NCBI GenBank assembly: GCA_965208615.1
Contig: CBDBPB010000006.1
Span: 220,854-284,853 of the forward strand
DNA: 64,000 nt
Reading direction: 5' to 3'
From: Spirochaetota bacterium
Lineage (GTDB): Bacteria > Spirochaetota > UBA6919 > CBDBPB01
In this document: piece by piece, positions 50,397-60,124 of the stretch
Layout: the number at the start of each line of letters is the position of its first letter
Numbering within the stretch: the first letter of the stretch is position 1
The notes under the pieces: generated by a model
Database searches by the model: none
The model's input: the letters and a program-made list of their open reading frames with translations, nothing else
What the model was told of the DNA's origin: nothing
Position numbers and translations under genes: made by a program

Positions 50397-50587
50397 AATG
50401 TGAATTGAAACCCCTATAAACTAATTATGAATAACAAACTAAGTTTCTTATTCAATCTTTTTCAAGTTTAGCTTTCTAAAGAAAGAAAGTCATTATTCAC
50501 TCTTAAAAACTTATCCTAACTTCGCTTACTTTATTATATATAGCCTATATTAAACTCAGATTTGTTATATCTCTAAAAGTTAGGTCA

Positions 50588-50616
50588 AATATATATTATC
50601 AATACATATTAGTCAA
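50588..50616 (-). promoter_or_regulatory. Sigma70-type promoter upstream of the STAS-metK leader
   Basis: TTGACT-N17-TATATT. Confidence 0.5.
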
Positions 50617-50680
50617 GAAAAACCCTTTTTATGATATACTAGTCTAATATTTAAGTTGCTAAAAGTAAGAAGTTAATTTT

Positions 50681-51700
50681 TTAGTATAAATTCTCTTTCA
50701 ATAATTTTATAGAATTATTTAGCTTTTCTACTATTGGCTTAAGATACAAAAGACCACTCTCACTATCATTACATATTGAAGGATCAATTGGCACCCTGGC
50801 AAGCATAGGAATATTTAACTCCCTAGATAGCTTTAAACCACCATCCTGACCAAATATATAAATCTTTTCATTATTTTCAGGATTAACGTAATAACTCATA
50901 TTTTCTATTATTCCTAAAATATTTACCTGCATTTGCCTGAACATAGCAATACCCTTTTTAACATCTGATACGGATAACTTCTGTGGCGTGGTAACCGCAA
51001 CAGCACCAGTTAGACAAACTATTTGGGCAAGAGAAATATGAACATCACCAGTTCCAGGCGGTAGATCAACAAAAAGATAGTCAAGCTCACCCCATATTAC
51101 ATCTGATAAAAATTGTTTTATAGCTCCATGAAGCATTGGCCCACGCCATATAACAGCTTGTCCCTCTTCCAAAAGGGAACCCATAGATATAAACTTAACT
51201 CCATTATGAATAATAGGGAGGATTTTATCACCCTCTATAACTTTTGGAGTCTCATTGTTATTAAGTAATATGGGTATATTTGGCCCATAAATATCTGCAT
51301 CCATTAATCCAGTACTATATCCAGCATCACTAAATGCCCTTGCAATGTTAATGGCCATAGTAGACTTTCCAACACCACCCTTTCCACTAGAAATAACAAT
51401 AATATTCTTAATATTTGGTAAATCAATTTCTCTTTCTTGTTTTTGCTCGCGAGCAGTTAGGTTAATTTTAATATTATTAATCCCACTTATTGACTGTAGT
51501 TCTTTTCTGCAGTCATTCTCTATCTTAGACTTAAGTGGACATGCAGAAGTTGTTAGCTCAACAGTTACCTCAACATTATTATCCTTTATATCTATCGATT
51601 TAATCATATTTAAAGATACAAGATCATTGCCCAACTCAGGATCCTGTACTCTTGATAAAGCTTCATTAACTAATTCTTTTGTTATTAGTTTACCATCCAT
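50681..51700 (-). CDS. mrp: Mrp/ApbC (NBP35) ATPase with N-terminal DUF59/SufT domain
   Basis: V.DPEL..D.V, TTSACP, GKGGVGKS, DADIYGP, WRGPM, DLPPGTGD, ENMS; ATG 51700 with GAGGTG RBS. Confidence 0.92.
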   Translation of the reverse strand: MDGKLITKELVNEALSRVQDPELGNDLVSLNMIKSIDIKDNNVEVTVELTTSACPLKSKIENDCRKELQSISGINNIKINLTAREQKQEREIDLPNIKNIIVISSGKGGVGKSTMAINIARAFSDAGYSTGLMDADIYGPNIPILLNNNETPKVIEGDKILPIIHNGVKFISMGSLLEEGQAVIWRGPMLHGAIKQFLSDVIWGELDYLFVDLPPGTGDVHISLAQIVCLTGAVAVTTPQKLSVSDVKKGIAMFRQMQVNILGIIENMSYYVNPENNEKIYIFGQDGGLKLSRELNIPMLARVPIDPSICNDSESGLLYLKPIVEKLNNSIKLLKENLY

Positions 51701-51970
51701 AAAAATCACCTCGTATTTGTATTACATTTAATTAGGCAAAGAACTTTTAAAAGCTACTATTCCTTAAAGTTATTATTATAAAAACTATTAAAAAGTAGTT
51801 AGGTGTGAAATATAAATATCTATTCCTAAGTTATTTTCAAAGTACACCTTCATATTTAAAGTTAAACTAAAGTAAAGCTCACTTTAAACAACCATGAGTG
51901 AAAATAATATCAATAATAGAATATTATCTTAAGAAATGTATAACTATATAAAATAAACTAATCTAAACCC

Positions 51971-52717
51971 TTACTTTGCCTTACCTTGCTTAGCCACTGC
52001 TTCAGTTGCCTTTTTAACCATTTCTGGATCACCTACATAATAAGACTTAATAGGTTTTAATTCGTTATCCAGCTCATATACTAAAGGGATTCCAGTTGGA
52101 ATATTAAGACTAACAATATTTTTTTCTGAAATATTATCCAAATATTTAACAAGAGCTCTAAGACTATTACCATGAGCCGTAATAATAATTTTTTTTCCAC
52201 TTTTAATTTCTGGTACAATGGCATCATGCCAATATGGTAAAAACCTTTCTACAGTAAGTTTAAGGCTCTCAGTAGATGGAATATTTTTATCCTCAAGATC
52301 ATTATATCGAGGATCTTTACCAGGATATCGCTTATCATCCTTTTCCAAAGGCGGAGGAGTAATATCATAACTTCTACGCCAAATAAGAACTTTTTCTTCT
52401 CCATGTTTAGCGGCGGTTTCTGACTTATTTAGCCCCTGTAAAGCTCCATAGTGGCGTTCATTTAGTCTCCATGACTTTACTACAGGGATCCACATTAAAT
52501 CCATTTCACTTAAAACAATATTCAAGGTTCTAATAGCCCTTTTTAGTACAGAAGTAAAAGCCACATCAAAGGTATAACCCTTGTCTTGAAGGGCTATAGC
52601 GGCTTGTTTAGCTTCCATTCTACCTTTTTCACTTAAGTCAACATCGGTCCACCCGGTAAAGCGGTTTTCTTTATTCCAAAGACTTTCACCATGTCTAAGC
52701 AACACAATTTTAGTCAT
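51971..52717 (-). CDS. gpmA: 2,3-BPG-dependent phosphoglycerate mutase
   Basis: [40 protein letters not shown]. Confidence 0.97.
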   Translation of the reverse strand: MTKIVLLRHGESLWNKENRFTGWTDVDLSEKGRMEAKQAAIALQDKGYTFDVAFTSVLKRAIRTLNIVLSEMDLMWIPVVKSWRLNERHYGALQGLNKSETAAKHGEEKVLIWRRSYDITPPPLEKDDKRYPGKDPRYNDLEDKNIPSTESLKLTVERFLPYWHDAIVPEIKSGKKIIITAHGNSLRALVKYLDNISEKNIVSLNIPTGIPLVYELDNELKPIKSYYVGDPEMVKKATEAVAKQGKAK

Positions 52718-52903
52718 ATTTAAAATCCTTATACATTATATAAACAGATTATAATTATTAACTATATTTAAAAGATATTAGTTCTAAAAAGAGATGTCAA
52801 CTATATTGTATGTTTTTATTTATCTTAGTAAATAAATTTCTCATATTTTACTATAAACCAATAAGTAAGTTTTTAGAAAAAGGAAAAATAAATATTTATA
52901 TAT

Positions 52904-52935
52904 AATAGCCAGATAAAGATTATTATCCAGCTATT
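52904..52935 (-). terminator. Stem-loop terminator after rubrerythrin
   Basis: Minus strand AATAGCTGGATAA-TAATCT-TTATCTGGCTATT: 13-bp stem whose G-U pairs form only on this strand. Confidence 0.6.
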
Positions 52936-52939
52936 GTAC

Positions 52940-53353
52940 TTAAATAGAGTCTAGAGATTTTTGAAATCTATTAGCGTGGGAACGTTCAGCTTTAGCCAAA
53001 ACTTCAAACCAATCAGCTATCTCATCAAAGCCTTCATCCTTTGCAGTTTTAGCCATGCCGGGATACATATCAGTATATTCGTAGGTTTCTCCTGCAATAG
53101 AGGCTTTTAGGTTATCAGCAGTACTACCAATAGGCAGATCAGTAGCTGGATCACCACATTGCTCCATATACTCAAGATGGCCATGAGCGTGTCCAGTTTC
53201 TCCTTCTGCAGTTGAACGAAATACAGTTGAAACATCGTTATAGCCTTCAATATCGGCTTTAGCGGCAAAGTATAGATATCTTCTATTTGCTTGAGATTCT
53301 CCTGCAAAGGCATCTTTTAAATTTTGATGTGTCTTACTTCCTTTTAGATTCAT
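52940..53353 (-). CDS. rbr: Rubrerythrin, short form lacking the rubredoxin domain
   Basis: [40 protein letters not shown]; no C-terminal CxxC pairs. Confidence 0.93.
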   Translation of the reverse strand: MNLKGSKTHQNLKDAFAGESQANRRYLYFAAKADIEGYNDVSTVFRSTAEGETGHAHGHLEYMEQCGDPATDLPIGSTADNLKASIAGETYEYTDMYPGMAKTAKDEGFDEIADWFEVLAKAERSHANRFQKSLDSI

Positions 53354-53451
53354 AAATCACCCCTTTTACTTAAATTATTAATTAACTAGTACATTTATTA
53401 TAAAAAAGTTTTAATAATTCCTATAATTTCAGTTTACTAATAAGGTTAATA

Positions 53452-53480
53452 ATTATATAAGAATCGCTGTTATTCGTCAA
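53452..53480 (-). promoter_or_regulatory. Near-consensus sigma70 promoter of rubrerythrin
   Basis: TTGACG-N17-TATAAT. Confidence 0.7.
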
Positions 53481-53616
53481 GATATTATAATTAAAATATT
53501 CTAATAAATATAATAAAGGGTTTTATGATAAGTTTAACTAGTTAAAAAGATTATTATTTTATATACCATAAATTGAGGATTTATTATTTTCCAAAGAGTA
53601 TTATAATATTAACAGT

Positions 53617-54171
53617 TTAATATTCAGGCACACCCAGCATCACATGCTCCTCTATAAAATCAGTATCAGCAATATGATTACCGGCAAAATCATATATAAC
53701 CTTTCTAACAAGAATACCAAAATCATTATAATAATTAACAGTTTTTAATTTTCTATGTTCATAAATATTAACCCGTTGTCTATTGCCCTTAGGATTATAC
53801 CAAACAGCAATTTTAAGATAGGCAGTTTTCTTTTTTCTACTTTTATTAAAAATATATTTATATAAAAAGCTCCCTTTTAGCAGTTGATCTTTGTAATACT
53901 CATAAATTACTGCCCTATTACCCTTTCTATATACCTTAAAATAATGACTATAGTCCTTTAAACCCCCCTTTCTAATATTACCTTTAAAAATAGGTGAGCC
54001 ACTTAAACTATCTATAGCCAAAAACCTTTCATAATATTTCCATCTTAATGACCATGGTTCTGTTTTTAACTGCCTAAGTAATTTTAAAAACCTTTGTTCA
54101 TAGCTATCCACATTAGCATTACTAAATAAAGGAAGGCTAATTAACATAATACACAAAAAAATAAATCTCAT
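53617..54171 (-). CDS. Exported hypothetical protein
   Basis: Signal peptide MRFIFLC...ANA; beta-hairpin repeats (YNPKG, YNDFG, YDFAG); ATG 54171 with AAGGTG RBS (the ORF extends to 54180). Confidence 0.72.
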   Translation of the reverse strand: MRFIFLCIMLISLPLFSNANVDSYEQRFLKLLRQLKTEPWSLRWKYYERFLAIDSLSGSPIFKGNIRKGGLKDYSHYFKVYRKGNRAVIYEYYKDQLLKGSFLYKYIFNKSRKKKTAYLKIAVWYNPKGNRQRVNIYEHRKLKTVNYYNDFGILVRKVIYDFAGNHIADTDFIEEHVMLGVPEY

Positions 54172-54217
54172 AATAAGCACCTTTTTATATTCTAATTAGG
54201 CTTTTTAGTATTAAAAA

Positions 54218-54244
54218 AAATCGGTTTTTTATATTTATAATTTA
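54218..54244 (-). promoter_or_regulatory. Putative sigma28 (FliA) promoter
   Basis: TAAA-N15-ACCGATTT on the minus strand. Confidence 0.45.
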
Positions 54245-54271
54245 AATATAAAATGTTTTTATATATGCCTA

Positions 54272-54889
54272 TCAATATAAAAAAGGATTTCTTAATTTTT
54301 CTTCTCCAATGGTAGATATTCCCATATGACCCGGATAAATAACAGTACTATCCCCCAATAACAATATCTTATTTTTTATAGAGTGCATAATACTTTTATA
54401 GTCCCCGCCTGGTAAATCAGTTCTACCAATAGAACCCTTAAAAAGAGTATCCCCAGTAAATATAACTCCTACTTCTTCGCAATAATAAGAAACCGACCCT
54501 TTGGTATGACCAGGAGTATGAATTACATTAAAATACTTATCCCCAAAATAAAGCCTATCCTCAACAAACTTAACCTTCTTAGGCACCTCTATTGGTGGGT
54601 AGTCCATAAAACTGGGTATAAAGTCATTTACATTAAGGTATAAGTTATAATCATTTTCATTAATATAAACATCGGCATTATATTTGTCATAAAGGGCTTT
54701 ACTAGCACCAATATGATCAAAGTGTCCATGGGTTAAGATAATCTTATTTAGCTTTAGATCATTTTTAGTTATATAGTCTATAATAACGTTAAAATCCCCG
54801 CCTGGATCAATACAAACAGCCTCTTTATCATAGTGGATAACATAACAATTTACATCCAATGGTCCAACAACTAGCGTTTTTATTGTCAT
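54272..54889 (-). CDS. MBL-fold metallo-hydrolase (glyoxalase II/YcbL-like)
   Basis: THGHFDHIG, HTPGHT.GS, TGDTLF.GSIGRTD, YPGH. Confidence 0.93.
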   Translation of the reverse strand: MTIKTLVVGPLDVNCYVIHYDKEAVCIDPGGDFNVIIDYITKNDLKLNKIILTHGHFDHIGASKALYDKYNADVYINENDYNLYLNVNDFIPSFMDYPPIEVPKKVKFVEDRLYFGDKYFNVIHTPGHTKGSVSYYCEEVGVIFTGDTLFKGSIGRTDLPGGDYKSIMHSIKNKILLLGDSTVIYPGHMGISTIGEEKLRNPFLY

Positions 54890-54897
54890 AATAACCC

Positions 54898-55986
54898 TTA
54901 TATAGATAACATCCTATCAAGACTAACCTTAGCCCATTTTTCTACATCCTCTTGAACCTTTACCTGATTTACTACCTCACCCTTTGAAAGCCTCTCTAAA
55001 ACATGGAGAAGATATGGAGGCCTAATCCTAAACATAGATCCGCAAAGACATTGATAAGGAGATAGCGAATTAATTATTCTGTCCGGATGTTCATTACGCA
55101 AACGATTAACTAAGTTAATTTCTGTTCCAATTGCCCATCTAGAGCCAACCTCAGATGATTTAATCTTATCTATTATAAAGCTGGTTGACCCACTAAAGTC
55201 GGATTTCTGCACCACCTCAAAAGTACACTCAGGGTGAACAAGAATATTTATATCCTTAAATCTCTTTCTCCAACTATGAATATGCTCAGGTTTAAACAGC
55301 ATATGAATACTACAAAAACCATACCACAATATAACTTTGGCTTTTTTTATGTCATCCTCAGTATTACCTCCAAAAGGCTTATTGGGATGCCATGTGATCA
55401 TTTCATTAGTATTTATTCCAAGACTATATGCACTATTTCTTCCAAGATGCTGATCAGGAAAGAAAAACAATTTATCTCCTCTATCAAATGTCCATTTTAT
55501 AACATCCTTAGCATTAGAGGAGGTACAAACAACTCCCTCATTACGTCCACAAAAAGCCTTTAGCAAAGCTGAAGAGTTAATATAGGTTATTGGTATAACT
55601 TTAGCATTAGGTGATAGATTATTTATAGTTTTCCAAGCATCTTCTACGTCTTCTATATCAGCCATTTCTGCCATTGAACAGCCTGCATTTATGTCTGGAA
55701 GTATAATCTTTTGATTTGTTCTTGTTAATATATCTGCACTTTCTGCCATAAAGTGTACGCCACAAAAAATAATATATTTAGCCTTACTCTCAAGAGCTTT
55801 ACGAGAAAGCCCAAGAGAATCACCTCTAATGTCAACAAATTGCATTATTTGATCCATTTGATAGTGATGTCCTAAAATTAATATACTATCACCTAATAGC
55901 TGTTTTAACTCATAAGTTCTTTTAGCGATCTCATCTTCTGGAATGGATGTATATTCCTCTGGTAAAGGATTTATATTTATATTCAT
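54898..55986 (-). CDS. nadA: Quinolinate synthase
   Basis: GHHYQ, GDS, FCGVHFMAE, AGCSMA, YINS, CTSSNA, PDQHLG, HPEC; ATG 55986 with GGAG RBS (the ORF extends to 56019). Confidence 0.95.
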   Translation of the reverse strand: MNININPLPEEYTSIPEDEIAKRTYELKQLLGDSILILGHHYQMDQIMQFVDIRGDSLGLSRKALESKAKYIIFCGVHFMAESADILTRTNQKIILPDINAGCSMAEMADIEDVEDAWKTINNLSPNAKVIPITYINSSALLKAFCGRNEGVVCTSSNAKDVIKWTFDRGDKLFFFPDQHLGRNSAYSLGINTNEMITWHPNKPFGGNTEDDIKKAKVILWYGFCSIHMLFKPEHIHSWRKRFKDINILVHPECTFEVVQKSDFSGSTSFIIDKIKSSEVGSRWAIGTEINLVNRLRNEHPDRIINSLSPYQCLCGSMFRIRPPYLLHVLERLSKGEVVNQVKVQEDVEKWAKVSLDRMLSI

Positions 55987-56274
55987 AATAAAAAAACTCC
56001 ACTTAGTTGGGTGAGTCAAAGTAATAGCGAGAATATACTATCTATCATTGTATTAAGTTAAAATATAATAAAATCTTGTTTAAGAGTAATTATTATTAAT
56101 AAATAAACCTCTATATTTTATAAAAACTGCTGTTTTCGTTTATAAGAAAAAAACAAGTAACCTTAAGCCATAAAATATATAAACCATTATAAAAAAATAA
56201 TCCTTTATTTGGCTTTAAATAAATATTTTAGTAATTTCTATACAATCTATATGGCTTATATAATTGGGTAACGT

Positions 56275-57096
56275 ATGAAAATTAAAGACCTTATTGATAT
56301 AGCATTAAATGAAGATTTAAATATCAAAAAAGATATTACTACTAGATCTATATTCTCTAATAACGCTACTAGCAAAGGAACTATTCTGGCTAAAGATAAA
56401 GGTATTATTTCTGGTATCCAAATAGTAAAAGACGTTTTTCACCAACTAGATAATACTATAAAAATAGACTTTATGCTAAAAGATGGTGACATAGTAGAAC
56501 ATGGAGTTAATATAGTCAAAATCGAGGGAAAAACTATAGCAATTTTAGAAGGTGAAAGAGTCGCTATAAACTTCTTTTCTCATCTATCTGGAATATCCAC
56601 CATAGTAAGGCAGTTTGTAAATGCTGTTAAGGGTAGTAATGCTAAAATCCTTGATACACGAAAAACTACTCCAGGACTAAGAAAACTAGAAAAATATGCC
56701 GTAACAGTCGGCGGAGGGATTAATCATAGAATGGGACTCTATGATAAAATCTTAATTAAAGATAATCACATAAAAGCCGCTGGAGGCATTACTAATGCTG
56801 TAAACAAAGTCAGAGAGGTATATGGTAATATTTTTATAGAAGTAGAAACCGCTGAACTTAAAGAAGTTGAAGAAGCTTTAAGATGCTCTGTTAGTCAAAT
56901 ATTACTAGATAATATGTCAATAAGTAAATTAAAAGAATCTGTTAAATTAGTCAGCGGTACTATCCCCTTAGAGGCTTCTGGTAATGTAAACCTAAACAAC
57001 GTAAGAGAAATTGCATTAACAGGAGTTCAATATATATCTGTCGGATCAGTTACCCAGTCTGCTAAGACATTGGATATGTCTATGAAAATTAATTAA
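56275..57096 (+). CDS. nadC: Nicotinate-nucleotide diphosphorylase (carboxylating)
   Basis: DTRKTTPG, NHRMGL, IKDNH, LLDNM, EASG. Confidence 0.97.
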   Translation: MKIKDLIDIALNEDLNIKKDITTRSIFSNNATSKGTILAKDKGIISGIQIVKDVFHQLDNTIKIDFMLKDGDIVEHGVNIVKIEGKTIAILEGERVAINFFSHLSGISTIVRQFVNAVKGSNAKILDTRKTTPGLRKLEKYAVTVGGGINHRMGLYDKILIKDNHIKAAGGITNAVNKVREVYGNIFIEVETAELKEVEEALRCSVSQILLDNMSISKLKESVKLVSGTIPLEASGNVNLNNVREIALTGVQYISVGSVTQSAKTLDMSMKIN

Positions 57097-57117
57097 AATA
57101 TATGGTAGTATTATAAA

Positions 57118-58695
57118 ATGAATGATATAGTAAAGTCTGATGTTTTAATTATTGGAACAGGTATTGCAGGGTGTTGTTCTGCTCTTAAGCTTGCAGAAGA
57201 AAAACTTAATGTTACTATTATCACTAAAATGTCTGATCCGCAAGAATCAAACTCTAACTATGCACAAGGTGGAATAGTCGGTAAAGTAAAAAATGACTCT
57301 CCTGAACTCCTTGCAAAAGATATATATATTGCCGGAGCATATCTTGGAAATGATAAGGCTATTAAAATGCTTTCTGAAGAAGGACCACAAATGGTCCCCG
57401 ACTTCCTTATTAATAAAGTTGGAGTTAACTTCTCTAAAAATAAAAATGACAGTATGCATTATACATCAGAAGGTGCACACTCAAAACGTAGAATATATCA
57501 CTCTATGGATCACACAGGTAGAAATATTGAAGAAAAGTTAATCGAAAAAGTTAAACAAAATAAATATATTACCCTTATACCAAATCAAATGGCTATAGAC
57601 CTAATCACCACAAGACACCACTCCAAAGATAAACTTAGCGTATATTATACTAATGAATGCCTTGGAGCCTATGTGTTTGACTCCGTAGATAATAAAGTCA
57701 GAATGTTCTTTGCAAAAAAAACAATATTGGCCACCGGCGGACTGGGAAATATATTTTTATATACATCAAATCCCTGTTGCTCAACAGGTGACGGACTGGC
57801 TATGGCATATAGAGCCGGTGCTAATATAATTAATGCAGAATATATACAATTCCACCCTACTACGCTTTTCCATAGAGATTCTAATAGGTTTTTAATAACT
57901 GAATCCCTTAGAGGTGAAGGAGCAAAACTCAAAAACCTCAAAGGAGAGTACTTTATGAAAAACTACGATAAAAGAAAAGATCTTGCACCAAGAGATATAG
58001 TATCCCGTGCCATATATGAAGAATTGTTGAAAACTGAAAAAGGATATGTATTTTTAGACTTATCCGACGTTATAAAACAAGGAGTGAATATAGAACAAAG
58101 ATTCCCTACTATCTATAAAAAATGTAAAAGACTAGGCATAGACATGAATAATGACTTAATACCTATAGTCCCAGCCGCACACTACTTTTGCGGCGGTATA
58201 CAGGTAAACCTAAATGGAGAGTCTAATTTAAAAAACCTCTACGCAGTAGGTGAGGTATCCTGTACTGGACTGCATGGAGCTAACCGTCTCGCCAGTGTAT
58301 CATTATTAGAAGCAGTAGTCTGGGGTGTTAAGTCTGCAGAACATATTAGCAAGTTTATTGATAACCATGATAATACTATACACTATACAAAAGTATCCCA
58401 ATGGAAAGGGGTTAACGGATACGAAAATGTAGACCCAGTGCTAATACTACAAGACTGGCTGACTATAAAAACTACCATGTGGAATTATACAGGCATAGTC
58501 AGAACAAAAAAACGTCTTTTACGTGCCAATGCCGATTTAAATTACTTATCCCATAGAATAGAGAAGTTCTATAAGGAGTCTAGCCTAACCAAAGAGCTAA
58601 TCGAACTAAGAAATGGAATTATAGCCTCATTAATTATAGTAAAAGCCGCACTGAAAAATGAAGAAAGTATAGGATGTCATTTTCGTAAAAACTAA
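57118..58695 (+). CDS. nadB: L-aspartate oxidase
   Basis: G.G.AG, AQGG, EGAHS, QFHPT, ESLRGEG, LAPRD, AHY.CGG, HGANRLAS; follows nadC. Confidence 0.95.
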   Translation: MNDIVKSDVLIIGTGIAGCCSALKLAEEKLNVTIITKMSDPQESNSNYAQGGIVGKVKNDSPELLAKDIYIAGAYLGNDKAIKMLSEEGPQMVPDFLINKVGVNFSKNKNDSMHYTSEGAHSKRRIYHSMDHTGRNIEEKLIEKVKQNKYITLIPNQMAIDLITTRHHSKDKLSVYYTNECLGAYVFDSVDNKVRMFFAKKTILATGGLGNIFLYTSNPCCSTGDGLAMAYRAGANIINAEYIQFHPTTLFHRDSNRFLITESLRGEGAKLKNLKGEYFMKNYDKRKDLAPRDIVSRAIYEELLKTEKGYVFLDLSDVIKQGVNIEQRFPTIYKKCKRLGIDMNNDLIPIVPAAHYFCGGIQVNLNGESNLKNLYAVGEVSCTGLHGANRLASVSLLEAVVWGVKSAEHISKFIDNHDNTIHYTKVSQWKGVNGYENVDPVLILQDWLTIKTTMWNYTGIVRTKKRLLRANADLNYLSHRIEKFYKESSLTKELIELRNGIIASLIIVKAALKNEESIGCHFRKN

Positions 58696-58708
58696 TTAAC
58701 CAACCTAT

Positions 58709-59440
58709 CTATTTATAAGCCAATATTGTTAAGTTGTTGGAACTATCCAAAATATAAGGATTAAACCTTAAATCTGAATAAAAATCTATACTAGTAAAAA
58801 GTCCAAGATCATCAAATGTAGACCTAATCTGATCCGAGGTAACAGGGTTTAACTTATTACTAAACCATTCACTATCCAGCTTATCCCCTTTTAACCTAAT
58901 TATGTTAAACTTAACTCCATCCTCTAAAAAGTCATAAAATCTTATGAATGTATTGTTATTATCCCCAGTAACATTAATTAACCTCTTTTTCTCCTTAAGA
59001 ATCTTATGGTAGTTTAATAACTGAATCCACAAAATACCCCCTGGTTTAAGAGCATTATAACTAATAGTAAGAAAACTAATTAACTCATCCACAGAAAAGT
59101 GAGCTAAAGTATTACCAAAACATAAAACCCAATTAAGCTCTCCCCTAAAATCTAAAATATTATCTAAATTACCAGTTATAAACTTAACATTACTCTTTTC
59201 TGAATACTGCTTCAAATTGCTATTAGCCCTTTTAATCATCTCTTTAGAAGAATCTATACCAATAACCTCTAAACCTAAATTCCCAAGCACAATAGCGTTA
59301 AACCCACTACCACATCCAAAATCTAATACCTTTTTAGGCTTATACTTGTCTAGTAAATCATTCCATAAATAATCCCTATTAAACCACCTATTATCAAAGT
59401 CAGTCATCATATCATAAACATAAGCTAAGTCATCATACAT
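58709..59440 (-). CDS. Class I SAM-dependent methyltransferase
   Basis: VLDFGCGSG, GIDSS..M, CFGNTLAH, LKPGG. Confidence 0.9.
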   Translation of the reverse strand: MYDDLAYVYDMMTDFDNRWFNRDYLWNDLLDKYKPKKVLDFGCGSGFNAIVLGNLGLEVIGIDSSKEMIKRANSNLKQYSEKSNVKFITGNLDNILDFRGELNWVLCFGNTLAHFSVDELISFLTISYNALKPGGILWIQLLNYHKILKEKKRLINVTGDNNNTFIRFYDFLEDGVKFNIIRLKGDKLDSEWFSNKLNPVTSDQIRSTFDDLGLFTSIDFYSDLRFNPYILDSSNNLTILAYK

Positions 59441-59529
59441 TAATAACTCCCTATTTTATATTTATAAGCTTTTAAAGGTATATAAGCACTACAAGTTTAA
59501 GCAACTACTAAATATAATATTTAATTGTT

Positions 59530-60045
59530 TTAATTAATAGCCTCTTTATACTTTATAAACTCTAAAGCCTCAGAGTTAATACAATACCTTAATCCAGTAG
59601 GAGCCGGTCCGTCTTTAAATACATGCCCTAGATGACCTCCACACCTCTTGCAAACAACCTCTACACGAAGCATATTATAACTATAGTCTTTAACCTCTAA
59701 TACACTATCTTCTGAGATTGGTTTCCAAAAGCTTGGCCACCCTGTACCCGAGTCAAACTTACCATCTGAACTAAAAAGCCTATTCTTACACGCAGCACAT
59801 ACAAAAATACCCTTCTCTTTTATATAATTATACTTACCAGAAAATGCCCTCTCTGTTCCCTTTTCTCTTAGTATATGGTATTGCTCAGGAGTTAAAATCT
59901 TTTTCCACTCCTTATCAGTTTTGGTTATCTCGTAGCTTTTATTTTCATCGCTATCAAGCTTAGGATCCTTTTTAATAACTGCTTTTGAATTTTGACATGA
60001 TAAACCTAATATCAAAAAAACCATTATATATATTAACTTATTCAT
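59530..60045 (-). CDS. msrB: Peptide-methionine (R)-S-oxide reductase with lipoprotein signal
   Basis: [40 protein letters not shown]; N-terminus [17 protein letters not shown] (the ORF extends to 60084). Confidence 0.93.
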   Translation of the reverse strand: MNKLIYIMVFLILGLSCQNSKAVIKKDPKLDSDENKSYEITKTDKEWKKILTPEQYHILREKGTERAFSGKYNYIKEKGIFVCAACKNRLFSSDGKFDSGTGWPSFWKPISEDSVLEVKDYSYNMLRVEVVCKRCGGHLGHVFKDGPAPTGLRYCINSEALEFIKYKEAIN

Positions 60046-60124
60046 TGCATTTTCCTGTTTATAACTTTTTAGTAAAACTATCATAATATATTTTAACAGT
60101 TTATCAAAAGTAAACTAAGATTTA

